DNA from: Candidatus Helarchaeota ASGARD archaeon Hel_GB_B
GTDB lineage: Archaea > Asgardarchaeota > Lokiarchaeia > Helarchaeales > HEL-GB-B
Reading direction: 5' to 3'
Assembly: GCA_005191425.1 (NCBI GenBank)
Contig: SUPR01000056.1
Location: 1-23,737, forward strand
Length of the DNA: 23,737 nucleotides
Position numbers and translations under genes: made by a program. The notes under the pieces were generated by a model, which saw only the letters and a program-made list of their open reading frames with translations, was not told the origin of the DNA and did no database searches. The stretch's first letter is position 1. Each line of letters starts with the position of its first letter. Below are positions 7,386 through 15,546 of the stretch, piece after piece.

Positions 7386-9167
7386 TTATTTTACTTCTAT
7401 TTCAAGTTCAGGAGCTACATATTCTCCAGTACCCTTAATAGTATACCCTAAATTTAGCTTTTCGTTAGGTTGAACTAGTGGAAAACGCCATATTAGCTCA
7501 GTACCGTCCTCTAGATCTTTTATTTCTGGTTTAATATCCTCGGGTTCCCAGGACATAAGATCGAAATTTTTAGGAATAAAATCTTTAATGACGATATTTT
7601 CCAGTACTATTTCACCCTTATTATGGAAAACAACGGGAATTTTATACTGTCCTTCTTCACTTAATGGCTGAATTTGCTTAAATGCACGTATTCGTCTTTG
7701 TACATATTTTATCTTAATTTCAATATCATCTAATTTATTTTCAACAGGTGGTCCAATCGGGAGCGTATTTGCAAAAATTTCTACAGGACATAAATAGTTT
7801 TTCGTAGGTGGCGGATTCCAAGCTTGAATTGGGTATTTAATAATTAACCTACTATTCGGTTTAAATCCGCCAAATAATTTATCCATATTTGTAATTTTAT
7901 GCACTATTAAATGTTCATTTTCGAGATTATCGTCCTCTGGAGTAATTTCATAATAAATTCCTTCTTTAATTTCCCGGTCATCTAAAAAATATTCTATAGT
8001 ACCTTTTTCAGGTGGTCTAAAATGAGCTGGTATTCTATCTTTTAAAATAATTTCATTTAATGATGCCGAACCAATATTATCTGCCAAAATTTCTATATTT
8101 AAATCATTTTTCGTGTTGGCTAATATTTCATTTGGTTCTATTTGTTTTTGAATTTTAACAGCTGCGATAGGAATTTTATTTTCCTCTATTTCTAAACTTC
8201 CAAAAATTGTTTTCTGAACGATATAATCAACAGAAAATTCGTAATCTTTTTTAAATTTAGGAATATTATCGGATTGTGCCACAAAATCTTTACTCCAAGA
8301 ATTATTTATTTCAATAATTTGATCTGGATTTTCTTCTATTATTAATTCTTGTACATTATTTTTAATTTGGAATATTTTTATTCTTTTTAATAAAACATCT
8401 AAATTACTGGAATTTTCAAATTCAGCTGTACAATCCCATTTAAATGGTGTGTCCATATTTTCTTCGACATCTATGGCAAATAAATTATCTGTATTAGCTT
8501 CTACCCTTGCATCTAATTTGGTTCGTATTGCATTTTCAACTTTATATGTCGCCATAATTTTACCTGCACCATATGGCTCTGGCATTTCTGGAGTAAAACC
8601 TGTTTTAATTGTCACACCAAGACTTTTTCCAGGATCAATTTTATCAATTTTCCAAATAATATTTCTTGTCCCAGAGTCAAAAGTTAATGATTCTAATGTG
8701 GTTGTTGGATTTAAAATTGGGTCATCAAAATATTCTGGTAATTCTTTAGTTATTATTACATTTCTAATAATTGAATTTGATTTATTTTTAACAAATAATT
8801 TAAAGGCAGTTGGACTCCTCTTCCCGATAATTCCAGCCCAATTTGGTGCATCTATCTCATAATATGTGTCTATCTCTTCTGAAATATCTAGTACTGGCTC
8901 TTTTATAAAATCATCATTAACTTTATATTCACGAGACCACTGTTCACTAGGTTTTACTTCATTTATAATAAATTTATCGTTTTCCAGATTAGTTGGGTTT
9001 ATATTGGTTAAAAATAATTTTGCATTCCAAATTCTAGACGTTGAAGGATTGATTATTGTAAATTTTCCTGAAAGGTTAATCTTTTTTACCTGCCCAGTAT
9101 TGTCTAAATTACATGATTCATTCTCGATTAAATCAATAATTATCTTATTTTTAATTTCATCTTGCAT
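7386..9167 (-). CDS. Cytoplasmic multi-beta-sandwich protein with an N-terminal mu-homology-like (adaptin mu/delta-COP C-terminal) region and two C-terminal DUF11-like sandwiches
   Basis: Strong GGAGG SD upstream; no signal peptide or TM helix. IIIDLIENESCNLDNTGQVKKINLSGKFTI follows the MHD opening pattern, and IIWKIDKIDPG and KIMATYKV match subdomain B and the return strand. The unit NxG...NIxIKDxIP recurs. Confidence 0.55.
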   Translation of the reverse strand: MQDEIKNKIIIDLIENESCNLDNTGQVKKINLSGKFTIINPSTSRIWNAKLFLTNINPTNLENDKFIINEVKPSEQWSREYKVNDDFIKEPVLDISEEIDTYYEIDAPNWAGIIGKRSPTAFKLFVKNKSNSIIRNVIITKELPEYFDDPILNPTTTLESLTFDSGTRNIIWKIDKIDPGKSLGVTIKTGFTPEMPEPYGAGKIMATYKVENAIRTKLDARVEANTDNLFAIDVEENMDTPFKWDCTAEFENSSNLDVLLKRIKIFQIKNNVQELIIEENPDQIIEINNSWSKDFVAQSDNIPKFKKDYEFSVDYIVQKTIFGSLEIEENKIPIAAVKIQKQIEPNEILANTKNDLNIEILADNIGSASLNEIILKDRIPAHFRPPEKGTIEYFLDDREIKEGIYYEITPEDDNLENEHLIVHKITNMDKLFGGFKPNSRLIIKYPIQAWNPPPTKNYLCPVEIFANTLPIGPPVENKLDDIEIKIKYVQRRIRAFKQIQPLSEEGQYKIPVVFHNKGEIVLENIVIKDFIPKNFDLMSWEPEDIKPEIKDLEDGTELIWRFPLVQPNEKLNLGYTIKGTGEYVAPELEIEVK

Positions 9168-9312
9168 TAAAAAACCTCCGTCTTTAATTACATAAATGTA
9201 CGGATTTTTCTAAAAGAAATAGTTAAAAATTTAAAAAAATAGTTTTTCTAAATTCCTTACCTATTAAAATCTATGAAATATTTATTATTATTTTTTGTCT
9301 AAAGAATTCTAA

Positions 9313-9708
9313 TCATTTATTTGGTGGAATTATTATCTTCTTGTAAATAGAATATCCTTTATCTTTACAAAACTGATAAAACATATCCAAATTTATTATA
9401 ATATCATAATTAGTAATTATAGTAAGCGTATAATCGTCTTCTATTCTAGCTATCTTGTATTTTGCTAGCTGACATTCAATCTCATTTAAATCTTCCGGCT
9501 TTCCTATTAATTGGAGATAAATCTCCTTCATTTCATCTCCAATCAGTTCAATCTCGTATTCATAACTTTTATTTTTAGGACTACTAGGCTTTTTACAAGG
9601 TGGAGTCGCAAAAATTGATTTCCAAAATCCAAAATTCCAACTCTCTTTTCCATAATACAACAAATATTTTCTATGTTCAATCATATTTATTCTTACCAAA
9701 TTATTCAT
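9313..9708 (-). CDS. Hypothetical protein
   Basis: 131-aa ORF with ATG start, co-oriented 48 bp downstream of the propeller gene. No family recognised. Confidence 0.6.
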   Translation of the reverse strand: MNNLVRINMIEHRKYLLYYGKESWNFGFWKSIFATPPCKKPSSPKNKSYEYEIELIGDEMKEIYLQLIGKPEDLNEIECQLAKYKIARIEDDYTLTIITNYDIIINLDMFYQFCKDKGYSIYKKIIIPPNK

Positions 9709-9756
9709 TTAATAATATTATTTGGGAATTTTAAAATTTTATTGCAAATTTATAAA

Positions 9757-10677
9757 TTATTCAATTTTTAGTGTGGACAATCCTATTTTTTCTACTCCGA
9801 AAAACCATCCATTTCTTGCATTATAATAGAGCCAATAATTATTTTTATATTTTCTAATATCTAACTGATAAACAAACGACTTTTTCCAACCTTTTGTAGG
9901 AAAAATAATTGGCTGTTTAAAGCACTCATTAAAGTGAATCCCGTCCTTAGACATTAATAGTAATATACTTGAGCGTGATTTTGATTTTTTATCTTTAAAA
10001 ATTCCATTATTAAAGCCCAAAAAAGTCTCATTTTCTTTTAAATATATTACCTTCATTGCTCCTGCCCCTAAATTTCTAAAAGTATTATCTTTTTCTGGGT
10101 AAATTATTGGCATTGCCCTCTTTTTATATGGCCCAAAAATATTTTTAGAAATAGCAATCCCAATATATTTCGGTTCGTAAAATAGACAATCTTTAAGAAA
10201 GACCAGTCCTGCTGAATAATAAAGATAATAGCGCCCTTTATGCTTCAATAAACACGGATTACCATTATTTGGATTATATTTTCCCTCCCAAGATAATGTA
10301 GGGGTTAATATATCTTTTGGCTTACTCCAATTTGATAAGTCTTTTGATTCCCTAATTGATATCACGGATTTATTAAAAATGTTCAACAATCTTTCATATA
10401 AAAGATAATACTTATCGTTTTCTTTGAAAAGAAATGGTCTCATACCTGGGAATGTTTTATCAAAACTGTTTTGCCAGGTGATCCCATCTTTTGATTTAAA
10501 ATGATTAATTCCCGTGATGATACTATGGGCAAATAAATGCCATAAGCCATCAGGCGACTCTTCACTTGTAATAAATGTGGGGTCTGCTATTATCCAATCT
10601 GGAGGTCTGGGCTTTATCAACGGATTTCTGGGGTCGTCCCTCCATTTTTTCCATTTGCCAAGAAATTTAACGTCCAT
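9757..10677 (-). CDS. Five-bladed beta-propeller glycoside hydrolase (GH43/GH130/GH32-like)
   Basis: NPLI, ADPTF, WHLF, GNPCLLKHKGRYYLYYSAG, IGIAISKNIFGPY, YWLYYNA...IGL. A GGTGA SD lies upstream. Confidence 0.75.
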   Translation of the reverse strand: MDVKFLGKWKKWRDDPRNPLIKPRPPDWIIADPTFITSEESPDGLWHLFAHSIITGINHFKSKDGITWQNSFDKTFPGMRPFLFKENDKYYLLYERLLNIFNKSVISIRESKDLSNWSKPKDILTPTLSWEGKYNPNNGNPCLLKHKGRYYLYYSAGLVFLKDCLFYEPKYIGIAISKNIFGPYKKRAMPIIYPEKDNTFRNLGAGAMKVIYLKENETFLGFNNGIFKDKKSKSRSSILLLMSKDGIHFNECFKQPIIFPTKGWKKSFVYQLDIRKYKNNYWLYYNARNGWFFGVEKIGLSTLKIE

Positions 10678-10771
10678 GTTTTAATTTCACCTAAATATTT
10701 TATTAAATAAAATCATTTAAAATCATAATTCATAAAAGTAATCTTAAATAATATCGTTAATTCTTTAACGG

Positions 10772-10955
10772 ATATTTCTAGATTTGCTAATGAAAAAGAC
10801 ATCCCTTCTTCTCACCTGAAACTCCAAGTAAATATAGAATCTACGGTATGTTTAATAAAAATTTTAAGAAATTCTTTTTAATTCTAATTCTTTTTACATA
10901 GGGCATTGAAATCCAAGATACTATGATTGAGAGTTAACGCCACATTTTTTAGCAA
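10772..10955 (-). pseudogene. Degenerate fragment homologous to the 3' end of the GH-like gene at 5018-6046
   Basis: Translates as AKKCGVNSQS*YLGFQCPM*KELELK../..KHTVDSIFTWSFR*EEGMSFS, versus AKKYGINSQLWCLGFLVQRKKELELK...KYNVDSIFTWCFRGAEGMSLS encoded at about 5075-5256. Several stops and small indels. Confidence 0.9.
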
Positions 10956-10976
10956 GTAATGTTCTTATTTAAGTCA

Positions 10977-11438
10977 TTAATCCTCGGCTGGTCCTGCATA
11001 TATTACTATTAAATCATCTTCTAACAACTCTTCAAGTCTGGATTTACTCATTTCCCATCCAAGTTTAACAAAAAACGCGTCAATGAAATCGATCCACCCA
11101 CCTCCAGAATAAACTTGAACAGTTACATCAATCGAGCTGATTTGATAGCCACTACGGCAATCATCTGGTATATTGTCCAAAGTAATATGATATCCTTCAT
11201 AATTTTCAAAATCTTTCGAATCTATTATTCTATCTGGCGGGCAATTAATAAATCGATTATTAATGAATTTTTTATCCAAGGTGTTAGCAAGATCAGCTAT
11301 GAATGGATTATTAAGATCCATTCCTAATTTTTTCAACACATCTGAAAAATTTAAATTATATTTTAACGCTAGCACTAATGGGGCGCTGGAACTACTGGAA
11401 TTTGTTACAAATCCATCAATTATTTTTAATATTCTCAT
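10977..11438 (-). CDS. Hypothetical protein with N-terminal GFVTNSSSSS motif
   Basis: MRILKIIDGFVTNSSSSSAPLVLAL. Its ATG overlaps the reconstructed LRR stop (ATGA). Confidence 0.75.
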   Translation of the reverse strand: MRILKIIDGFVTNSSSSSAPLVLALKYNLNFSDVLKKLGMDLNNPFIADLANTLDKKFINNRFINCPPDRIIDSKDFENYEGYHITLDNIPDDCRSGYQISSIDVTVQVYSGGGWIDFIDAFFVKLGWEMSKSRLEELLEDDLIVIYAGPAED

Positions 11439-12120
11439 CTTTTGACCACTCTATTTGAAAAATCTTCTAAAAATTTTATTTTTTCTTTTGTATTCATATC
11501 TATCATACCTAAAAATTCATTATCTAACAGATTATATCATAGAAATAAACGTCTTAGGTTTTTTAAATTTTTTAATGAAAAAGGTACTTTTTTAAGTTTG
11601 TTCTTATTAAGCATTAAGATTTTTAAATTTATTAAATTTCCAATTTCTTTAGGTATATACTCTAATTTATTATCGTTTAGATACAATTTTTTTAATTTAA
11701 TTAAGTTTTTTATCTCGTTAGGTATTTTCGTTAGTTCATTATTATTCAAAAAACAAATTAAAAGTTTATCTAATAAACAGAAATCTGGTACTAAATTAAT
11801 TATTTTATTCTTTGATAGATATAAACGCTCTAATGAAGGAAAAAATTTAATTGCACTAGATATTTCCTTCAAATTATTAGAATGTAAATCAAGTTTCTTT
11901 AAATTTTGAAGGGACGCATGTAATTCAGGTAATGATTCAATCTCATTTCTTCTAAATCTAATACCACTAAACTTTGTAATTCTGAGATTTCTACGGATAT
12001 TTCTTGGAGTTGGTTCCATTTACAATATAGAAATTTAAGGTTCTTACAGTTGCTTATTGGTTTAAGAATCTTTTTAAGGTAATTATTATTGCAGGTTCCC
12101 AAAAATAATCATCTCTTAAA
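11435..12120 (-). pseudogene. Leucine-rich repeat protein, disrupted by one frameshift and in-frame TGA codons
   Basis: Track ORFs 11899-12102 and 11537-12019 join into one LxxLxLxxNxL array across a 1-nt deletion near 11952 (LVVLDL / RNEIESLP). The TGA at 11537-11539 sits inside LFL*YNLL, and the frame continues to a TGA at 11435-11437. A further TGA is at 12109-12111. Confidence 0.85.
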
Positions 12121-12296
12121 ATAGTAAAAAGTGTAATAAATTATCAAACCTAATTAATATAATTTATTTCAATGGAATTGAAGTAGGGACGAATAAAATA
12201 AAAGATAAAGTATGAGTAAACAATAAAGAAAAAGGTAATAATAGAGTAAGCATTAATAATAATGCAAAATATTAATAAAAATCTTATAAATTCACT

Positions 12297-13433
12297 TTAA
12301 AAAATTTTTAGTTTTCCACCTTTTTTATCACATGCAACAATTGACGGGTCTAAAGGACAGCCACCCCAACAGCTTTTAAAAAAGTTGCAAGTTTTACATC
12401 CAATATATCTATAATTAGTTAATTTATTTCTAAAATCAACAAAAAGTTCTGATTGCCATATTTTTTTAAATGAATTATTTTTTAAATCTACACCCTGTTG
12501 GTCCTGCATAAAAGAGCATGGTTTTACTTTTAAATTCCAATCAATATAGCAACTATATCTACTCCCATTACACCCATCAATTGATTCCGCTAAAAATGGC
12601 ATATCTTTTAATAAAGGGGCTGAACAAGCGTCAAAATTTAATTTAAAATCATATTTTTCTTTTAGAGCCAATATTTCAAAAATCTTTAATAATAAAAGTT
12701 TTGTATCTTGCTGTGCTAATACTTCCTTCCTTAAATTTTTTCCACGTCCCATTGGCTTAAACAATAATAATACGATACCATTTACGCCCAGCTTCAGATA
12801 TTTTTCTACTATTAAATTAAGATTTTGTAATCTAGATTTTAATAATACGATATGTACATTAGCTTGTATACCATAGTCCAATAATTTTTTAGCAGATACT
12901 AATGTTTCTTTATATAAATTCTCCATATAACTTACTGCAACTGCTCCACAATATTTTTTTGATGCCTCCAATATTTCATTTGTTAATACTGTTCCGTTTG
13001 TTGTGTAGTTCGGGACTATGTCTCCATCTAATCTTAACTTTCTAAGAATCTCCGCGAAATTTGGGTGCAATGTTGGCTCGCCGCCGCCTAAAGCAATCTG
13101 GAGCACCCTAGCTTCCTTCATCTTTTTTAATAAGATTTCAAAATCGTCCAAAGATAAAAATTTCCCATCATTTACTGGCAATGAATCCATATAACAATAT
13201 GAACAATGAAGATTACATTTATTTGTAAGCGATAAATCTATCAAAACTGGAGTATTTGTAATTATATTCGGCCCTGATGCAAATTTTATCTCCGGATCTA
13301 ATAAAAATTTTAACTTTTTCGGTGAATCTGATTTAACTAATATGTTTAAAAATTTCAATTCATCTTCGGATAACTTCTTTTTGTTAGCTAACTTCAATAA
13401 AACATTAAAACCTTCAATATCCACCATTGACAT
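12297..13433 (-). CDS. Radical SAM enzyme with C-terminal SPASM domain; true start probably further upstream (frame open to 13523)
   Basis: CNLHCSYC (CxxxCxxC), GGGEPTLHP, VPNYTTNG. The SPASM region reads CNGSRYSCYIDWNLKVKPCSF...CKTCNFFKSCWGGC...C. Confidence 0.92.
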   Translation of the reverse strand: MSMVDIEGFNVLLKLANKKKLSEDELKFLNILVKSDSPKKLKFLLDPEIKFASGPNIITNTPVLIDLSLTNKCNLHCSYCYMDSLPVNDGKFLSLDDFEILLKKMKEARVLQIALGGGEPTLHPNFAEILRKLRLDGDIVPNYTTNGTVLTNEILEASKKYCGAVAVSYMENLYKETLVSAKKLLDYGIQANVHIVLLKSRLQNLNLIVEKYLKLGVNGIVLLLFKPMGRGKNLRKEVLAQQDTKLLLLKIFEILALKEKYDFKLNFDACSAPLLKDMPFLAESIDGCNGSRYSCYIDWNLKVKPCSFMQDQQGVDLKNNSFKKIWQSELFVDFRNKLTNYRYIGCKTCNFFKSCWGGCPLDPSIVACDKKGGKLKIF

Positions 13434-13931
13434 AGAACCATATTTCTGATCAAAAATAACCCCACCAAATTGCTCATTACGGACAATTATTTTTTGTTCT
13501 ATCTCAATTTCACCTATATTCTCTCATTAAAAGGTTTAATACTAAAATATATACTACACTCCAAAAGGTCTTCTAATTTATTTCTGCAATATAATATCTC
13601 AGTATTGTTTTAATTTTTATTATTTTTTTGAATACTAATCTACTTTTTAATTATAAATATATATTTTTCCATTTTCTTATCATAATTAACTTCTGAATTC
13701 ATTAATTCGATTATCGTTAATTTAAAATGGTTTTAAATAATTTTTTAAATTCCATTAATCGGGGACTTAAAGTTATGATTTGAAGATGACCATTCTAAAT
13801 TAGAGAAATTATGAACGAGCAAATTATTAAGTGATAATAAAATAAAGATATTAAATCAAAATTACAATATAATTTAAATTTAATACAAGATAAATTCAAA
13901 TTAATTAACATGATTTTATTCTTTAAAGGCA

Positions 13932-15119
13932 ATGGCAGATAAAATGAGTGATTTACCGAAACTAAATAAAGACGAGAAAAAAGTTTTTAGTATAGTAAAG
14001 GAGTTTTCGACTAAAAAATCTAATTTTACAATAGATGAACTTACAAAATATTGTAAGCAAAATACTAAATTTTCTAATAAAAAGATATATTCAATTTTAA
14101 AAGACTTCATCAATAAAAAAATCATAATCGAAGAGAATTTGTTTAATAAAAGTCAAATTTTAGACATCCAAGAAAGATATAAAATTTATGATTATATCTC
14201 TAAAAATCCCGGCATGGAATATAATGCTCTTCATGAAAAATTCAAATTACATCCTAAAGTTTTCAAATGGCATATAGAAATGCTCAAGAATTTTGGTTAT
14301 ATTAGAGAAAAAAGTTATCTTTTTTATAAAATATATTATCATAAATATTTTCCGAAAGAAAATGAGATTAGAATTTTTATTATGAGAGACCCTGATATTT
14401 ATAGGATTTATCTTCTTTTAATGAATCAGCAATTAGACCCTGAATCATTATCAAAAATTCTTGACATAAAATTGTCTCTGATTAAATTTTATCTTAATAA
14501 AATGGTAGATGCCGGCATTATTAAATATGAAAATGGAAAAACTTTTTCAATTAATAAAGAAAAGCAAGATTTTTTTAAAAATTATTTTGATTTAAAAATT
14601 TCCAATAATTTAAAAGAACGATTATTAGATTTTAATGAACTTAAAAAATTGCTATATTTAATATTAATGAACAAAGAAACCGGGATTATGATTTACCAAT
14701 ATAATTTTATCGAATCTAATATTGACGCTGATTTGGTGAGTGGTTTTTTAACAGCAATTCAACAATTTGGTAGTGAATTAAACAAGAAAGCATGTTCTAT
14801 AAGTAAAATTACATATAAAGGTTTTGAAATTAATATTGAAGATGGTAATTGGGCACGAGCCGCTTTAATATTGGACGGAAAAAGTTCTGACTCACTTAAT
14901 AAAAGACTTTCATCTTTTATATCTTTTTATGAAAATGAATACAAAGAACATTTTGCTCAATGGACTGGGGATATATCTATATTTCATGATTCAAAATTAA
15001 TAATTGAGGACTTTTTTTCTCCAAAATCTGAAAATGAGAAAAGTTTAATAGATAACGGAAATATCGGGGCGGTAAATATTTTAAAGGACGAAAATAAAAA
15101 TAAAAATCAAATAAATTAG
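13932..15119 (+). CDS. Three winged-helix domains fused to a C-terminal Asgard-type longin-like domain
   Basis: The HTH-like units end in KKIIIE, NFGYIRE and DAGIIKY. The C-terminal region reads LYLILMNKETGIMIY...DADLVSGFLTAIQQFGSEL...ISKITYKGFEI...WTGDISIF. Confidence 0.75.
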   Translation: MADKMSDLPKLNKDEKKVFSIVKEFSTKKSNFTIDELTKYCKQNTKFSNKKIYSILKDFINKKIIIEENLFNKSQILDIQERYKIYDYISKNPGMEYNALHEKFKLHPKVFKWHIEMLKNFGYIREKSYLFYKIYYHKYFPKENEIRIFIMRDPDIYRIYLLLMNQQLDPESLSKILDIKLSLIKFYLNKMVDAGIIKYENGKTFSINKEKQDFFKNYFDLKISNNLKERLLDFNELKKLLYLILMNKETGIMIYQYNFIESNIDADLVSGFLTAIQQFGSELNKKACSISKITYKGFEINIEDGNWARAALILDGKSSDSLNKRLSSFISFYENEYKEHFAQWTGDISIFHDSKLIIEDFFSPKSENEKSLIDNGNIGAVNILKDENKNKNQIN

Positions 15120-15135
15120 TTAAAAAAGCGGTGTA

Positions 15136-15534
15136 TTGAGAATGGAATTTTTAACAGAAAAAGAAAAACGATATACTATTAATAAATCATTAGAGGAGTT
15201 TAGTGAAATTAAAAATCGAATTAATGAGTTAAATGTATCTGATGTATATAAACAATTAATGTTTGAAGAATTTCAGAGAGTTCCTAAAGAAAAAAGCTTA
15301 GCAATACTCAAAAAAATCATCGAAGATGAACCATTAAATATTAAAAAGATCAAAATTAATGAATTAATTAGACAATTTGATGAGTTATATACGGCTCAAA
15401 ACTGGAATGAAGCAATTAAATTACTTGAAATAATATTAGAACTGGCAATAAAAGAATATTATGAAATTATATTTGATAAATTGTACTTGAAATATGAAAA
15501 ACTTAAATTGAAATTAAAAAGAAACGTAATATAA
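15136..15534 (+). CDS. Hypothetical all-helical protein (TTG start, or ATG at 15142)
   Basis: 132-aa charged helical ORF 16 bp after the wHTH-longin gene, with GGTG upstream. Confidence 0.65.
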   Translation: MRMEFLTEKEKRYTINKSLEEFSEIKNRINELNVSDVYKQLMFEEFQRVPKEKSLAILKKIIEDEPLNIKKIKINELIRQFDELYTAQNWNEAIKLLEIILELAIKEYYEIIFDKLYLKYEKLKLKLKRNVI

Positions 15535-15546
15535 AAAAATTTAATT

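Noticed and set aside
11537-11539. In-frame TGA in the LRR gene as selenocysteine or readthrough
   Set aside because: The same gene also has a frameshift and another TGA, the position is a variable LRR site, and no SECIS-like element was identified. Decay is simpler.
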